This document shows positions 52,126 through 64,000 of a stretch of 64,000 bases of DNA, in pieces. Each line of letters starts with the position of its first letter. Position 1 is the first letter of the stretch. Source of the DNA: Lama guanicoe (Eukaryota); the NCBI GenBank assembly GCA_013239625.1, contig MU053513.1, positions 3,398,927 to 3,462,926 of the forward strand, read 5' to 3'. Below the pieces are notes generated by a model. That model was not told the DNA's origin. It did not search any database and saw only the letters and a list, made by a program, of their open reading frames with translations. Position numbers and translations under genes: made by a program.

Positions 52126-53751
52126 ACTGTGTTCTAAGTGCATGTATACTTGTCTGTCTTCTCTAGTAGACAATAAAGGGCATGCCTTGCTCACAGGTGT
52201 ACCTTTATAGTAATTAGCACAGTGCCTTGTTTACGCTTAGTGCTCCACAATTATTTGTTGAGGAAATGAATAACTATTATCTTTTTTTAAAAAGGAAAAC
52301 ATTACGGAGTAGGTATAGGAATTGGATATCCTATTGTAGAAAGAGCAATCCCATGTCTTAACTCAGTTTCCTATCATGCCTGGTCACATGTTTGCAAAAT
52401 GAATTTTCTTAACATTTTTAACAGCATCTTCCCAGAGCCTACCCCTTTCCCTTTTTTCTGGACTTTGAGGCCAGAAATATGTGTTCAAATCCCAGCTATG
52501 TGATCTCGGGCAAGTTAGTCTTTTTGAACTTTACTTTCCTTATCTGAAAAAGGCAGACAATATCTTACCTTACAGGACTGTTGTGAGGATTAATAACATA
52601 ATAAATGCCAAAGTATATAGCATCATGTGTGTGGAGTAGGTATTGAATAAATGCTCATTTCATTCCCTTTTCTCTTTTCCTTTTTCACTCTCTTCCTCTC
52701 GCCTTCCTTTCTTCCTCCTTCCCTTCCTTCCTCCCTTCCTTCTTTCTCCTCCTTTCCCTTTGCTGGGAAGGAGAGCGCTACACAAGATCAGAAGCGTGGT
52801 CCCAGCTAGCTTTTTCTTATAGCCAAGGTGCTCTGCCCACTAAACTACTCTCAGCCTCAGCCTGTTACCAGGTCAGCCTCTGTTTTTTCACACTTCTTTT
52901 TCTCTGCCCCATTTGCATCTACAACGGACCAGGTTTACTTTCTGTTTCCCACATTGGTTTGCCTGAAATCCAATTATTCTGCCGTATGCCTGATGGTCGA
53001 CATGTATTTCATAGCAAGTTAGCAGCAAAGAGAGCTGGTGAGGACAGGGAAACCCGGGAGCGTCCCAGGCAGTTTTTTACTAAACACCAAGAAGTGGTGC
53101 TGCTGGCAGATTGTTCCAGGAGCAGAATCTTTGGAATGACATTCAGGGCTCCTTTGAAAAATGAGAAGGGGAAGTTCACAACTGTTTGTTTTTCTTGCTC
53201 TTGATGGTAAGGATGCTGTTTCATTATCTTTCCATCAGGCTACGTTGCAAAACGTGTCTAAGACTAGAATTAATATTTAAAACAGGCCTCGTCTGAAAAA
53301 GAAGAGCTGAGCCATGTAACTGAATGAAAGAAAATCACAAAAATAAGTTAAATTATTATCAAAACAACATCTGATGTTGGTGGATCAGGACTTTCCTGAC
53401 ACAGGCAGTCTTGCCTGGGCTCAGAAAGTGAGCTATCAGGAGCAGTCAGTGGTTGAGCAGCTGCCAGAGAGGTTCGGATTAGATAGCAAATCAGTGGGCT
53501 AAGAGTTAAGAAGGAAGTCTTTGAGTGTTCGCCTCACGGTGAGACTATATTTTATTTCTAATCTACCACTGACTAGCTGTGTGACCTTGAGCCCCAAGGT
53601 TGCAAAATGCTATCTGTGAAACAGACTGTTATATGTTTGTAAATTGTTGCTATTGATATTCTTTCTTTGGTTTAAGGCCAAACTTTGGTTTAGGAGGGTG
53701 GTGGGAGAATTTGGGACCTGCTTAACTAGCTTAATCAGATTCCTCTAATCC

Positions 53752-53968
53752 TGAGTTTCTCCAGCATAGTCACTTTTGACATTTTGGGCTGGATAATTCT
53801 TTGCTATGGAGGCTGCCCCAGGCATTGTAGGGTGTTTACCAGCATCCTGAACTCTACCCACTAAATGCTAGTAGGACTCTCTCCAGTTGTGACAGACAAA
53901 AATGTCTCTTAACATAGCCAGATATCTTCCAAAGGTACCTCCTCCCCTTTTTTCAGAATCTCTGCTCT
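53752..53968. mobile_element. MER20-like hAT DNA transposon
   Basis: gacattttgggctggataattctttg...ccagttgtgaca...aaaaatgtctc core. Confidence 0.85.
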
Positions 53969-54203
53969 GATGAAAAAGAGATGAAAGGGAGAAGGTTGTC
54001 TATATACTTTTATACTGCCCCCATGAAAGTCCATGGAATTACAATGAAAGTTAAAAAAAAAACCCACAAAATTTACTCTATCTCAAATTGAGTTTTCAAT
54101 CATTCATTAAGCATTTTGTTGATTGTCTACTGGCACTCTGCTAGGCTCTGTGGGTACATAGATAGGAATGACTTGATTTCTACCTTCAAGGAGCTTTCTT
54201 TCT

Positions 54204-56349
54204 CTTGAAAATTTTTTTATTTTAAAATTTATTTATATTTATTCATTTACATTGAAGTACAGTCAGTTACAATGTGTCAACTTCTGGTGTACAGCATAAT
54301 GTCCCAGTCATGCACGCGCACACACACACACGCACACACACACACATATATACACATATATATTTGTTTTCATATTCTTTTTCATTCAAGGTTATTACAA
54401 GATAGTGAATATAGTTCCCTGTGCTATACAGAAGGAATTTGGGGTTTTTTTAATCTATTTTTATATATAGTGGTTAACATTTGTAAATCTCAAACTCCCA
54501 AATTTATCCCTTCCCACCCTCTTTGCCCCAGTAACCATAAGATTGTTTACTATGTCTGCAAGTCTGTTTCTTTTATAGATGAGTTCATTAATGTCCTCTT
54601 TATTTCTTTTCTTTTCTTTTCTTTTCTTTCCTTTCCTTTCCTTTTCTTTCCTTTTCTTTTTTATATTCCACATATGAGTGGTATCACATGGTATTTTTCT
54701 TTCTCTCTGGCTTACTTCACTTAGAACGATTATCTCCAGGTCCATCCATATTGCTGCAAATGGCATTATTCTTTTTTATGGCTGAGTAGTATTCCATTGT
54801 ATAAATATACCACCACTTCTTTATCCAGTCATCTGTCAATGGACATTTAGGTTGTTTCCATGTCTTGGCTATTGTAAATAGTGCTTCTATGAACATTGGG
54901 GTGCATGTATCTTTTTGAATTAAGGTTCCCTCTGGATATATGCCCAGGAGTGGGATTGCTGGGTCATATGGTAAATCTAGTTTTTTTGAGAAATCTCCAT
55001 ACTGTTTTCCATAATGGCTGCACCAAACTACATTCCCACCAACAGTGTAGGAGGGTTCCCTTTTCTCCACATCCTCTCTGGCATTTATCGTTTGTGGACT
55101 TTTAAATGATGGCCATTCTGACTGGCATGAGGTGATACCTCACTGGATTTTTTATTTGGTTTCCTCTGACAATTAGTGATGCTGAGTAGTTTTTCACGTG
55201 CATATTGTCCATTTGTATTGGAGAATTGCTTAGTTAGGTCTTCTGCCCATTTTTGGGCTCTGAACTTGGGGTCTTTATTTGATTTTTTGTTATTAAGTTG
55301 TATGAGTTATTTATATATTCTGGAAATTAAGCCTTTGTCAATTGCATCATTTGCTAATATTTTCTCCCATTCCATAGGTTGTCATTTTGTTTTATGTATG
55401 GTTTCCTTTACTGTGCAAAAGCTTATGTTTAATTAGGTCTCATTTGTTTATTTTTGCTTTTATTTATTTATTTATTTATTTATTTTTTGCTTCAACATTG
55501 CTAAGATTTATGATACCACCCTCTACCCCCCCCCCGACCCCGGTAACCACAAGTCTGTATTCTCTGTCCATGAGTCTATTTTTGTCCGGTATTTATGCTT
55601 TGTTTTTGTTTGTTTTTGTTTTTTAGATTCCACATATGAGCAATCTCATATGGTATTTTTGCTTTTATTTTTATTGCCTGCATAGACTGCCCTAGAAGAA
55701 CACTGCTAAGATTTACGTCAGGGAATGTTTTGCCTATGTTTTCTTCTAGTTTTATAGTGTCTTGTCTTATATTTAAGTCTTTAAGCCATTTTGAGTTTAT
55801 TTTTGTGTATGGTGTGAGGAAGTGTTCTAACTTTATTGGTTTACATGCTGCTGTCCAGTTTTCCCAACACCACTTGCTAAAAAGACTGTCTTTTCTTGTA
55901 TATTCTTGCCTCCTTTGTTGAAGATTAGTTGACTGTAGGTCTGTGGGTTTATTTCTCAGCTCTCTATTCTGTTCCATTGATCCATATGACTGTTTTGGGG
56001 CCAATACCATGCTGTTTTGATTACTGTAGCTCTTTAGTGTTGTCTGAAGTCTTGGAGGGTTATTCCTCCAGCTTCTTTCTTTTTCTTCAGTATTACTTTG
56101 GCAATTCTGGGTCTCCTGTGATGCCATATAAATTTTAGGGTTATTTGTTCTAGTTCTGTGAAAAATGTCCTGTGTGATTTGATAGAGATCACATTAAATC
56201 TGTAGACTGCCTTGGACAGTATGGCCATTTTAACAATATTGATTCTTCCAATCCAAGAGCATGGGATGTCTTTCCTTTTCTTTAAGTCATCTTTAAGTTC
56301 CTTAATCAATGTAGTTTTGTAGTTCTCCACGTGTAAGTCTTTCACTAAC
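54204..56349 (-). mobile_element. 5'-truncated chimeric L1 (ORF2 C-terminal part plus 3'UTR) inserted in an L2
   Basis: ORF2 motifs [43 protein letters not shown](T/G)CTTTCT at 54191-54203 and 56350-56362. Confidence 0.92.
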
Positions 56350-56672
56350 GAGCTTGCTTTCTACTAAAGGGAGGAAGTAATGCCTTACCAGTTCATTTCC
56401 ATACAAAGCTGTTAAGCGCAGTGCTATGTCTCAAGTCAATATAAGGTGCAATGGGACTATACTTTGCCACTTCCCCTGCTCCCTCCAGGGTAAGGGTGTG
56501 AGTTAAGACTTTATTGAGAATGTAGTAACCATATGAGACTATATTTCAAGTCATCCAACAAAATCAATCTCACTGACATCTTAACTACTAAATTTTGGTA
56601 CTATATTTTCTGCCTATTGTTTTTTATTTTATATGCACATCATTTTTTAGATATGACTGATGTTTCTCTAAT

Positions 56673-56870
56673 GCAGTGGTTCTCCACATCTCATCCTTGG
56701 ACCAGCAGCATCAGCATCACTCGGGAATTTGTTAGAAATGCAAATTCTTGGCCTCCCTCTAGACCTCAGACGTACTGAATCAGAAACTTGTGGGGAAGGG
56801 CCCAGCAATCTGTGTTTTTACAAGTTTCCCACCCCTCATTGCAATCATGCTGAAGTTAGAGAGCTGCTGC
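56673..56870. mobile_element. MER5A-like hAT DNA transposon
   Basis: cagtggttctc...ccagcagcatcagcatcac...gttagaaatgcaaattc...actgaatcagaaact. Confidence 0.85.
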
Positions 56871-59597
56871 TTTAATAATTCATTATTTCTTAAATGTGTT
56901 CTATAAAATGATTTTTGTAAATATATAAAATAATATTTTTTTAAAGCAGGATATAATCTACATACTTATATGAATTAATCATATACTCAGTACCTTTATA
57001 CATTATCTTATTTAATTCCCTCAACAGCCCTAAGAGGGAGCTTAATGGTTCTCAGCCCTGGGTTAGCTTCCAAATACCTGTGAAGCTTAAATACATTTGT
57101 TCAGGCCTTGTCTCTGGCTTACTGAATCAGAAACTACAGGGTTTCTAATATGTACTGTGACTGAGAATCACTGAAGTAGGTATCTGTATATTCTACACAC
57201 ATGACTAGGGGTTCTGACACAGGAAGAGGCTGAACAAGTATTTCATTATTTGCTCAGCAAATACTAATAGACATTGAATGATTACTGAGACTGTCTGACT
57301 TCAAGAACTGTGCTCCTAATCATGCAGGTAAATTCTATTTATGGGATCTATCAGGAAAAAAAAGATTTTTTAAAGAGCGAGAAGGCTAATATTTGCAAGG
57401 TGATTTACACTTCTTTTACAAAGCATAACAACCTTGCCATGTTATTATCATTGCTATTTTACAAATTAGAAAACTAAGTCTGAGTAAGATTAAGTGATTT
57501 GCTGAAAATTATTCAGCCATCAAGTCCTGGGGCCATGGGTATGAATCTCGATTTTCCGACTGAATTTCAGCATTTTCCCATGACTACCTAACTACATATT
57601 TATGAATAAAATTAGACTAAGAAAGGTAGGTATGTGACATTGCAGGATTAATCACCTTCCTGATCATTAAATTTACTTAGAAATAAAAAAAAAACCCTCA
57701 AAATACCAAAATTCGCATAGTATCTATGGTTGGATTTTATTTTCCTAAGTCTTAAAGTGAGTGAATTATCCATCTTCCAAATACAAGGATTCTAGCTCTT
57801 CTAATTAGCTAACAGATATACTGATAGTGTCCTAATTCATTCCTAATTCAGAATGTATTTAGTGATTTTACTATGATAGAGGTGTCACACTCTAGTGTTA
57901 CATGGTACCTGGACTAGTTTGCTGGTGTGGCGACTGAAGCCGATGGATTTATTTACACCAGTAAGAATGCAATTAGGATAATGTGCTGATCTTGCTGTCA
58001 TGTCCCTTTTAATTACCTTTGCTTATGTCCTTTCTACCTAGCCTAGACCACAGGCGAAGCTCAATAAAAGGACACTTCATTCTAAAGGGACAGAGCCATT
58101 TAGGGTGAAAGCCTACAGACTTTTACTTGGGATTTCTCCTTTGGGGTAGTTGGATCGCAATTCAGAAAGACAAATTCTCCTTAAAAGAGCTTTATTCAAA
58201 AGTCACTTTATAACACAAGGAGTGGGAGATGTCCTGTTGTCTTAAAATTGGAGACCTCAAAGCTTAGGACACTGGGTGACAATTACTTCCACACTTCAAA
58301 AAGAGGTGCTAGACATGGCCCCACAGGGATTACTGAAAGTTGGTCAGATCATCAATTCTTGTATTGGCCTCTGGTCTATTTACGAGAAGAGAGATTCATT
58401 TAAGAATCTTAGAAAGGAATTCATAGGAGTAGAAAGCAGTGCAGCATTTCTGAGTTTTCTTTTACAGAGAGGGAAGGGGGATGACTCCCTCACCCTTAAG
58501 TCAAGTGCTGGGGACCCCAAGAGTACTGCTTATAAAAGTTAGAGTTGTCTACGATGTGGTGGATTGGCATCTCAGTCCCTGGATGGTTGCTTGCAAAATT
58601 TTAGAAACTAGCCTGCTTTTCCCATGTCTCTCCCCAAGCAGAGTGTGAACATTTTCTTGAGAGGAACTGACACGTGGACCCCCATAATTTGGAGCAAAGT
58701 GTGATAATAACCTGTCTCCACTGCTCCTCTGGGGAAGGCTGAAAAGAGCAGCTAAATAGAGCTGCCCTCGACTACAGGGCAAGGAGGAAGCGGTCAGCAG
58801 TTTGTCAAGCTGTGTTTCCTTTGTAATTCCTGGGAGCCACTTAAACCCCTTCGAAGAGGGCTGCCTCCTGGGCAAAGCTGAGAGCAGGTGACGGTGATTA
58901 AAACCGGTCGATTAAAGAGTTTCCTGTGTGTTGCAGGAAACACGTAGGTCATGGGACCTTGCAGAAGGTCTCCTCAAAATCCACAGATGTTAGATCCAAT
59001 ATTTGGAAGCCCGCCATGCTGAGTGCATTTAATAGTCAAATGAGAATTATAAACAAGACTTCCCTTTTTGATCCCTGCCACGTCCCAGGATTGAGAAATG
59101 CAAAGGGCAAAGGTGGGAGTGGGGAGGGAAGAAAGGAGTGAGAAAGAACAGAGCAGAGCCCTCCCCCATCTCTTCCTCCCCTACCTTCTCCTCCTCCCAC
59201 ACATCAGTCATCCCTGAGCCGGCAGGAGGGGAGAAACTCCAAATTGAATATGAGATTAAGGCTTTGATTTAGACGAGACTGAACTTTTTAATACCTGATG
59301 GCGAAATGGTTATGAAAAGAAATTTGAAAGAGATGCTGTCGAGGGTAGAGGAGGGGAGACCTGACAGAGAACGTTTGATGCAGTCATAGGAGAAAAATGA
59401 CTTTCTTTCCTGATTGTCACTGAATCCAGCTCATGCAATAATGAATAATGAAGGTGCTGGTTTCTTTCACAGATAAATTGTAAGAAAAAGAAAAAGATGG
59501 AAGTGGATTCTGCTTTCTGAATTATCAACAATTTAGAAAACTACTGTATAGGAATGCTTCATTTAAATGCATCTAGATTAAGTCATTTTTATAATAC

Positions 59598-60135
59598 TGT
59601 TCTTCCAAAAGATAAAGACCCCTGTTCTTGTCAAGTTTACAGTCGGGAGATGGTGCATTGTACAGTGAAAGATTTTAAAGGATTTATTAAAAAATAAAGG
59701 TAAAGTACACCTCCAAGAACAGGAGGCGGCTGATCCAAGGGAGGAAAAGCAGCAGTTTTTGTCTCCCCTTTCTCTTACATCCTCGCTTAGAGGTGGTCTC
59801 CTGATTGATTGATGGCTCTTGTCCCTGGAATGCTTAGTCGTTTGGCCCCTTTTTGCATGTCCTTACCCATGATGTACACAAAAAAACCCATGGTTGCGGG
59901 GGCCTAAACCACAGTGCTACTTATATTACAATGAGCATTGGGTTGTGTCTGATTAAGTCCTATCTGCTACCACGCACTTGTTACTGTCGGGTTCTAACCA
60001 GTTTCTTGCAGGCACTCATTTAGAGGAAGTAAAGACCCTTTTCATGGTGGAGGCGGGCATAATACCATCTTCCGGACCACCTTCCCTCTCCTCCACCTAC
60101 CTGCCCAGTGTCCCCACTTATCTACCTGCCTAACA
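59598..60135 (-). mobile_element. Solo ERV LTR in SLC44A5 intron, antisense to the gene
   Basis: TGTT...AACA termini; TSD ATAC/ATAT; shares ttacaatgagcat segment with LTR A/B. Confidence 0.75.
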
Positions 60136-61724
60136 ATATCTTTCAACTACAAAAATCTATACCTTTTTGGTGTGTGTGTGTGTGTGTGACTTTTCAACAG
60201 CTTGTGACTGAGAATAACTTGTCAGCTCTTGATATGCTTTTGTACATAACTGAGGCTCAAATATTATTTTTGGAATACTGTCTACCTTTCCATATACATC
60301 ATTTTTATGAGTTTATTGTAGGAGAGTTTTCATTATAATCCTGAGATTTCATTCTTCACTGCTGACAATGCAGCTTTTAAATCGTTGGTCCTAATAGTGG
60401 TATTAACTAGTTGGCGTTTTTATTATTTTATGCCAGTGGACCAAGCCTTTGAATATAGGCCAGTTCAGTTAGCTAGCTCTGTTATTTCTTTAAAGCCAAG
60501 ATACAGCTTGGAACATACTGACGGACTTCATGATCAATTTTTAGAGAATGAGCTTTGGTTTTTTAAAAAGCTTGGTCATATATTGTGATTTAAGTGCTAG
60601 GTCCTCCTCTCTTTTTTTAAAGCCTTTGTCTACTAATGCTAATGGTCTGGATTCTCCTTAGGTAATGAAAGAATTATATCATTGGAGTCATTGTATGTTG
60701 AATTTGGCTATTTTCATCAGCCTTCAGGGTCTGGCTGATATGAGTTTTAAATGGGCAAAATTGAATATTGCCATTTGTTTAAAAGACTTTCATTGCCTTA
60801 GGATATTTCTGACTTCCTGACAAGTACTTATAGTTAGGCATTGTGGATAGTAGGTACCTGAGAAAAATTCTTTCTCTCCATGGGCACTAATCCTATCTTG
60901 TAGGTTTTGATTAAAAAATATCTCTTCTTTGTGCAATATTCTAAGTACACTGGTCCTAACTCATTATCCTCTCTAGGTCCTACAAACGTCTTAGCAGAAC
61001 TAACATTAGGTGTCACGGCTCTTTCTGCTAACAAGCCTGGTTATCTAGTGCTTACTCTGTTTCCTCTCCATGATCAAAGGACTATGCACCATGTGGTTGA
61101 GACAACATAAGAACACACAAGTATTTGCATATGACTCTCAAATCACGAGTTTGTCGTAAGAGAATCTCACCCTCTCTGTTGTGGGAATGCATTATTCAGG
61201 ATGCTGCAAATTTTGCTTCTTACTGCCTAGGCTCATAGATTCTACAATGGTCCATAAATATTCTTTAAAGTCTAATTTTGGATTTTGCCTTTTTACTTTT
61301 TTGCTTCTAATATTATTAGTCTTATAGCTTGGACATAGATCCACATCTTTTGACTCTAGAAATATTCTCTCTTTACTTTATGCTATAGATCGGTTTTTCA
61401 ATTTTGTGTTTTAGGAGGTGTATGAATAAGAGACTCTCGGCTTTTAATGTTTTACCAATAGATGCGTTTGTAATGTGAGTACAACCATAGAGACATGCTG
61501 ACTAGATTATTTCCAATTTTCAACCAATGAAAAATAAACGCTATACTCACTCCTTGAGCCTTTTGTATAATCTCCCTGAATTCTTCCCTTTTTTTCCCTC
61601 CTGGTTGGCAGATTGAGATAGGTTGACTACATTTCTTTTTCTAGTGTAGATAATTGTACTTTGGCTTTTCAGAATTTTCTCTCTTTTTTAAAGGAAAGTT
61701 CAGAGAGTCATTTCAGATTTGTTC

Positions 61725-64000
61725 TTTTTTTTTTTTTAATTGAGGTATAGTCAGTTTACAATGTTGTGTCAATTTCTGGTGTACAGCATGATGCTTCAGT
61801 CATACATGAATATACATATATTCCTTTTCATATTCTTTTTCACCATAAGCCACTACAAGATATTGAATATATTTCCCTGTGCAATACAATATAAAACTGT
61901 TTATCTATTTTATATATACCAGTTAGCATCTGCAAATCTTGAACTCCCAGTTTATCCCTTCTCATTCCCTCCCCACTGTAACCGTAAGTTTGTATTCTGT
62001 CCGTGAGTCTGTTTCTGTCTTTTATATAAGTTCATTTATCTTTTCTTTCTTTTTTTTTTTTTTTAGATTCCACATGTGAGTGATATCATATGGTATTTTT
62101 CTTTCTCTTTCTGGCTTACTTCACTTAGAATGACATTCTCCAGGGCCATCTATTTTGCTGCAAATGGCAGTTTTTATCATTTTTTATGGCTGAGTATAAA
62201 TATGCCACATTTGCATGGAATATCTTCTTCCATCCTCTCACTCTCAGTCTATGTGTATCTTTCTCCCTGAAATGGGTCTCTTATCTGCAGCATATTGTAG
62301 GTTCTTGTTTCATTATCCAGTCTGCCACTTTATGTCTTTTGATTGGAGCATTTAGTCCATTGACATTTACAGTAATTATTGATAGATGTGTGTTTATTGC
62401 CATTTTAAACTTAATTTTGCAGTTGATTTGGTATATCCTCTTTGTTCTTTTCTTTTTCTTTTTGTGGTTTGATAATTTTTCTTCATATTATCTTGGTTTC
62501 TTTGTAGTTTTTGTGTCTCTACTGTAAACTTTTGGATTGTGGTTACCTGTTTTGTACATGTCTTAACCCATTACTATATCTGTTTGTTTTAAACTGATAG
62601 TAATATAAGCTCAAACCCATCCTACCAAGAACAAAAACAAAAACAGAAACAAAAAAATTATATTTTCTTGTTCCCCTCTCATGTCCTTAATGATTTAGAT
62701 GTCTTCTTTTACAACTTCATGTTTATTCTATTTGTAATTCAGGGTAGTTATCACCTTTCCCATTATGGTTTTCTCCTTTCTGTAAATCCTGCTTCTTTTC
62801 TATTTAGAGTAGACCTTTCAATATTTCTTTTAGCATCAGTTTAGTGTTGCTAAATTCTCTAAGTTTTTGCTTCTCTGTGAAGTTCTTTCTCTCTCTTCTT
62901 CTAAATGATAGCCTTGCTGGATTAAAGTATCCTAGATTGCAGCTTTTTCTCATTCAGGACTTTGAATATATCTTGCCACTCCCTTCTGTCCTGCAGTGTT
63001 TTGTGTACAGAAATCAGCTGAAAGCCTTATGGGGGTTCTCTTGTGACTATTTTTCTCTTGGTTCCTTTAGAATCATTTCTTTATCCTTTACCCTATGTAT
63101 TGGTGTGGGTCTGTTTGAGTTCTTCTTGTTCGGGACCCTCTGTGCTTCCTGTACTTGGATATCTGATTCCTTCTTTAGGTTTGGGAAGTTTTCAGTCATG
63201 ATTTCTTCAAATACCTTTTCAATACCCTTTGCTCTTTCTTCTCCTTCGGGACATTTCTATTATGTGTAGGTTGGCACATTTTATATTATCCCATAGATCC
63301 CTTATATTGTTTTCTCTCAGCTGTTCTGATTGGGTGACTTCTGTTGTCCCGTCTTCTAAGTCACTTATTTGTTCCTCTGCATTATCTAGCCTGCTTTTTA
63401 CAGCCTTTAGCTCAGCTCTTATCTCAGCAAATGAGTTTTCCAGTTTTAATTGGCTCCTCTTTACAGTTTCAATTTCCTTTTTGACATATTCTCTGTCTCT
63501 AAACACAATCTTTTTTAGTTCCTTCAGTACTTTGATCACTCCTTTTTTGAAATCATGATCTAGTAGACTATCAAGGTCTATTTCATTGATTGTTTTTTCA
63601 GGGGATTTCTTTTGTTCTTTTAATTAGGAGTGGTTCCTCTGCTTCTTCATTTTACTTATATCTCTCTGGCACTATGGATTATGGAGTTTCAGTTATCTAC
63701 TGTGATCCTGAAGAGGTTTGTTTGTTTGTTTATCTATCTAAAGCTGATGTGGAAATAAAACTAAAAAAAATTTAAAAGAAGAAAAAATATTTGAAAACTG
63801 TAATCAATAACAAGAATAAAATGAAGAGAAATAAAAATCAAGTTGAGACAATTTTTTAAAAATTTTAAAGAAGAAAAAGATTTGAAAACAGAATATAACC
63901 AATAACAGAAGAACAAAACAAAGAAATAAAAATCAAATTGAGACCAATTTAAAAAAATCAATAAAAATTTTAAAAGGGATAAAAAATTAAAAAATTAAAA
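61725..64000 (-). mobile_element. L1 with 5'UTR part, decayed ORF1 (~63660-62804), inter-ORF spacer, ORF2 start (62403) and internal deletion to the ORF2 end; runs off the window
   Basis: Poly(T) at 61725; MAINTHLSIITVNVNGLNAPIKRH endonuclease start; ORF1 homologous to the 18860 copy. Confidence 0.9.

Overview
Mammalian (not prokaryotic) genomic DNA, most likely camelid, judged by two vic-1-type tRNA-derived SINEs. Two genes lie head-to-head. On the minus strand are ACADM (medium-chain acyl-CoA dehydrogenase) coding exons 1-6 (10366 down to 2785; exon 7 onward is left of the window) with a CpG-island promoter at ~10.15-10.96 kb. On the plus strand is a CpG-island first coding exon of SLC44A5 (MAKKRKPPSIK/G, 39580-39613), followed by intron to the window end. 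The ~28 kb between them is packed with solo and nested ERV LTRs, L1s, L2 and MIR. Nearly all ORFs in the supplied track are spurious or repeat-derived. The most unusual signals are retrotransposition products: (i) a TSD-flanked 2.8 kb ORF1-only L1 derivative whose 3' module is heavily A-to-G shifted, as ADAR hyper-editing would produce; (ii) a second L1 with a different ORF2 deletion; (iii) a single-insertion L1 chimera with an apparent double template switch; (iv) a SINE plus mRNA-like 3' end inside one TSD in ACADM intron 1; (v) a local templated copy of an L1/LTR junction. Repeat family names and comparisons to human or mouse come from memory; no searches were run.
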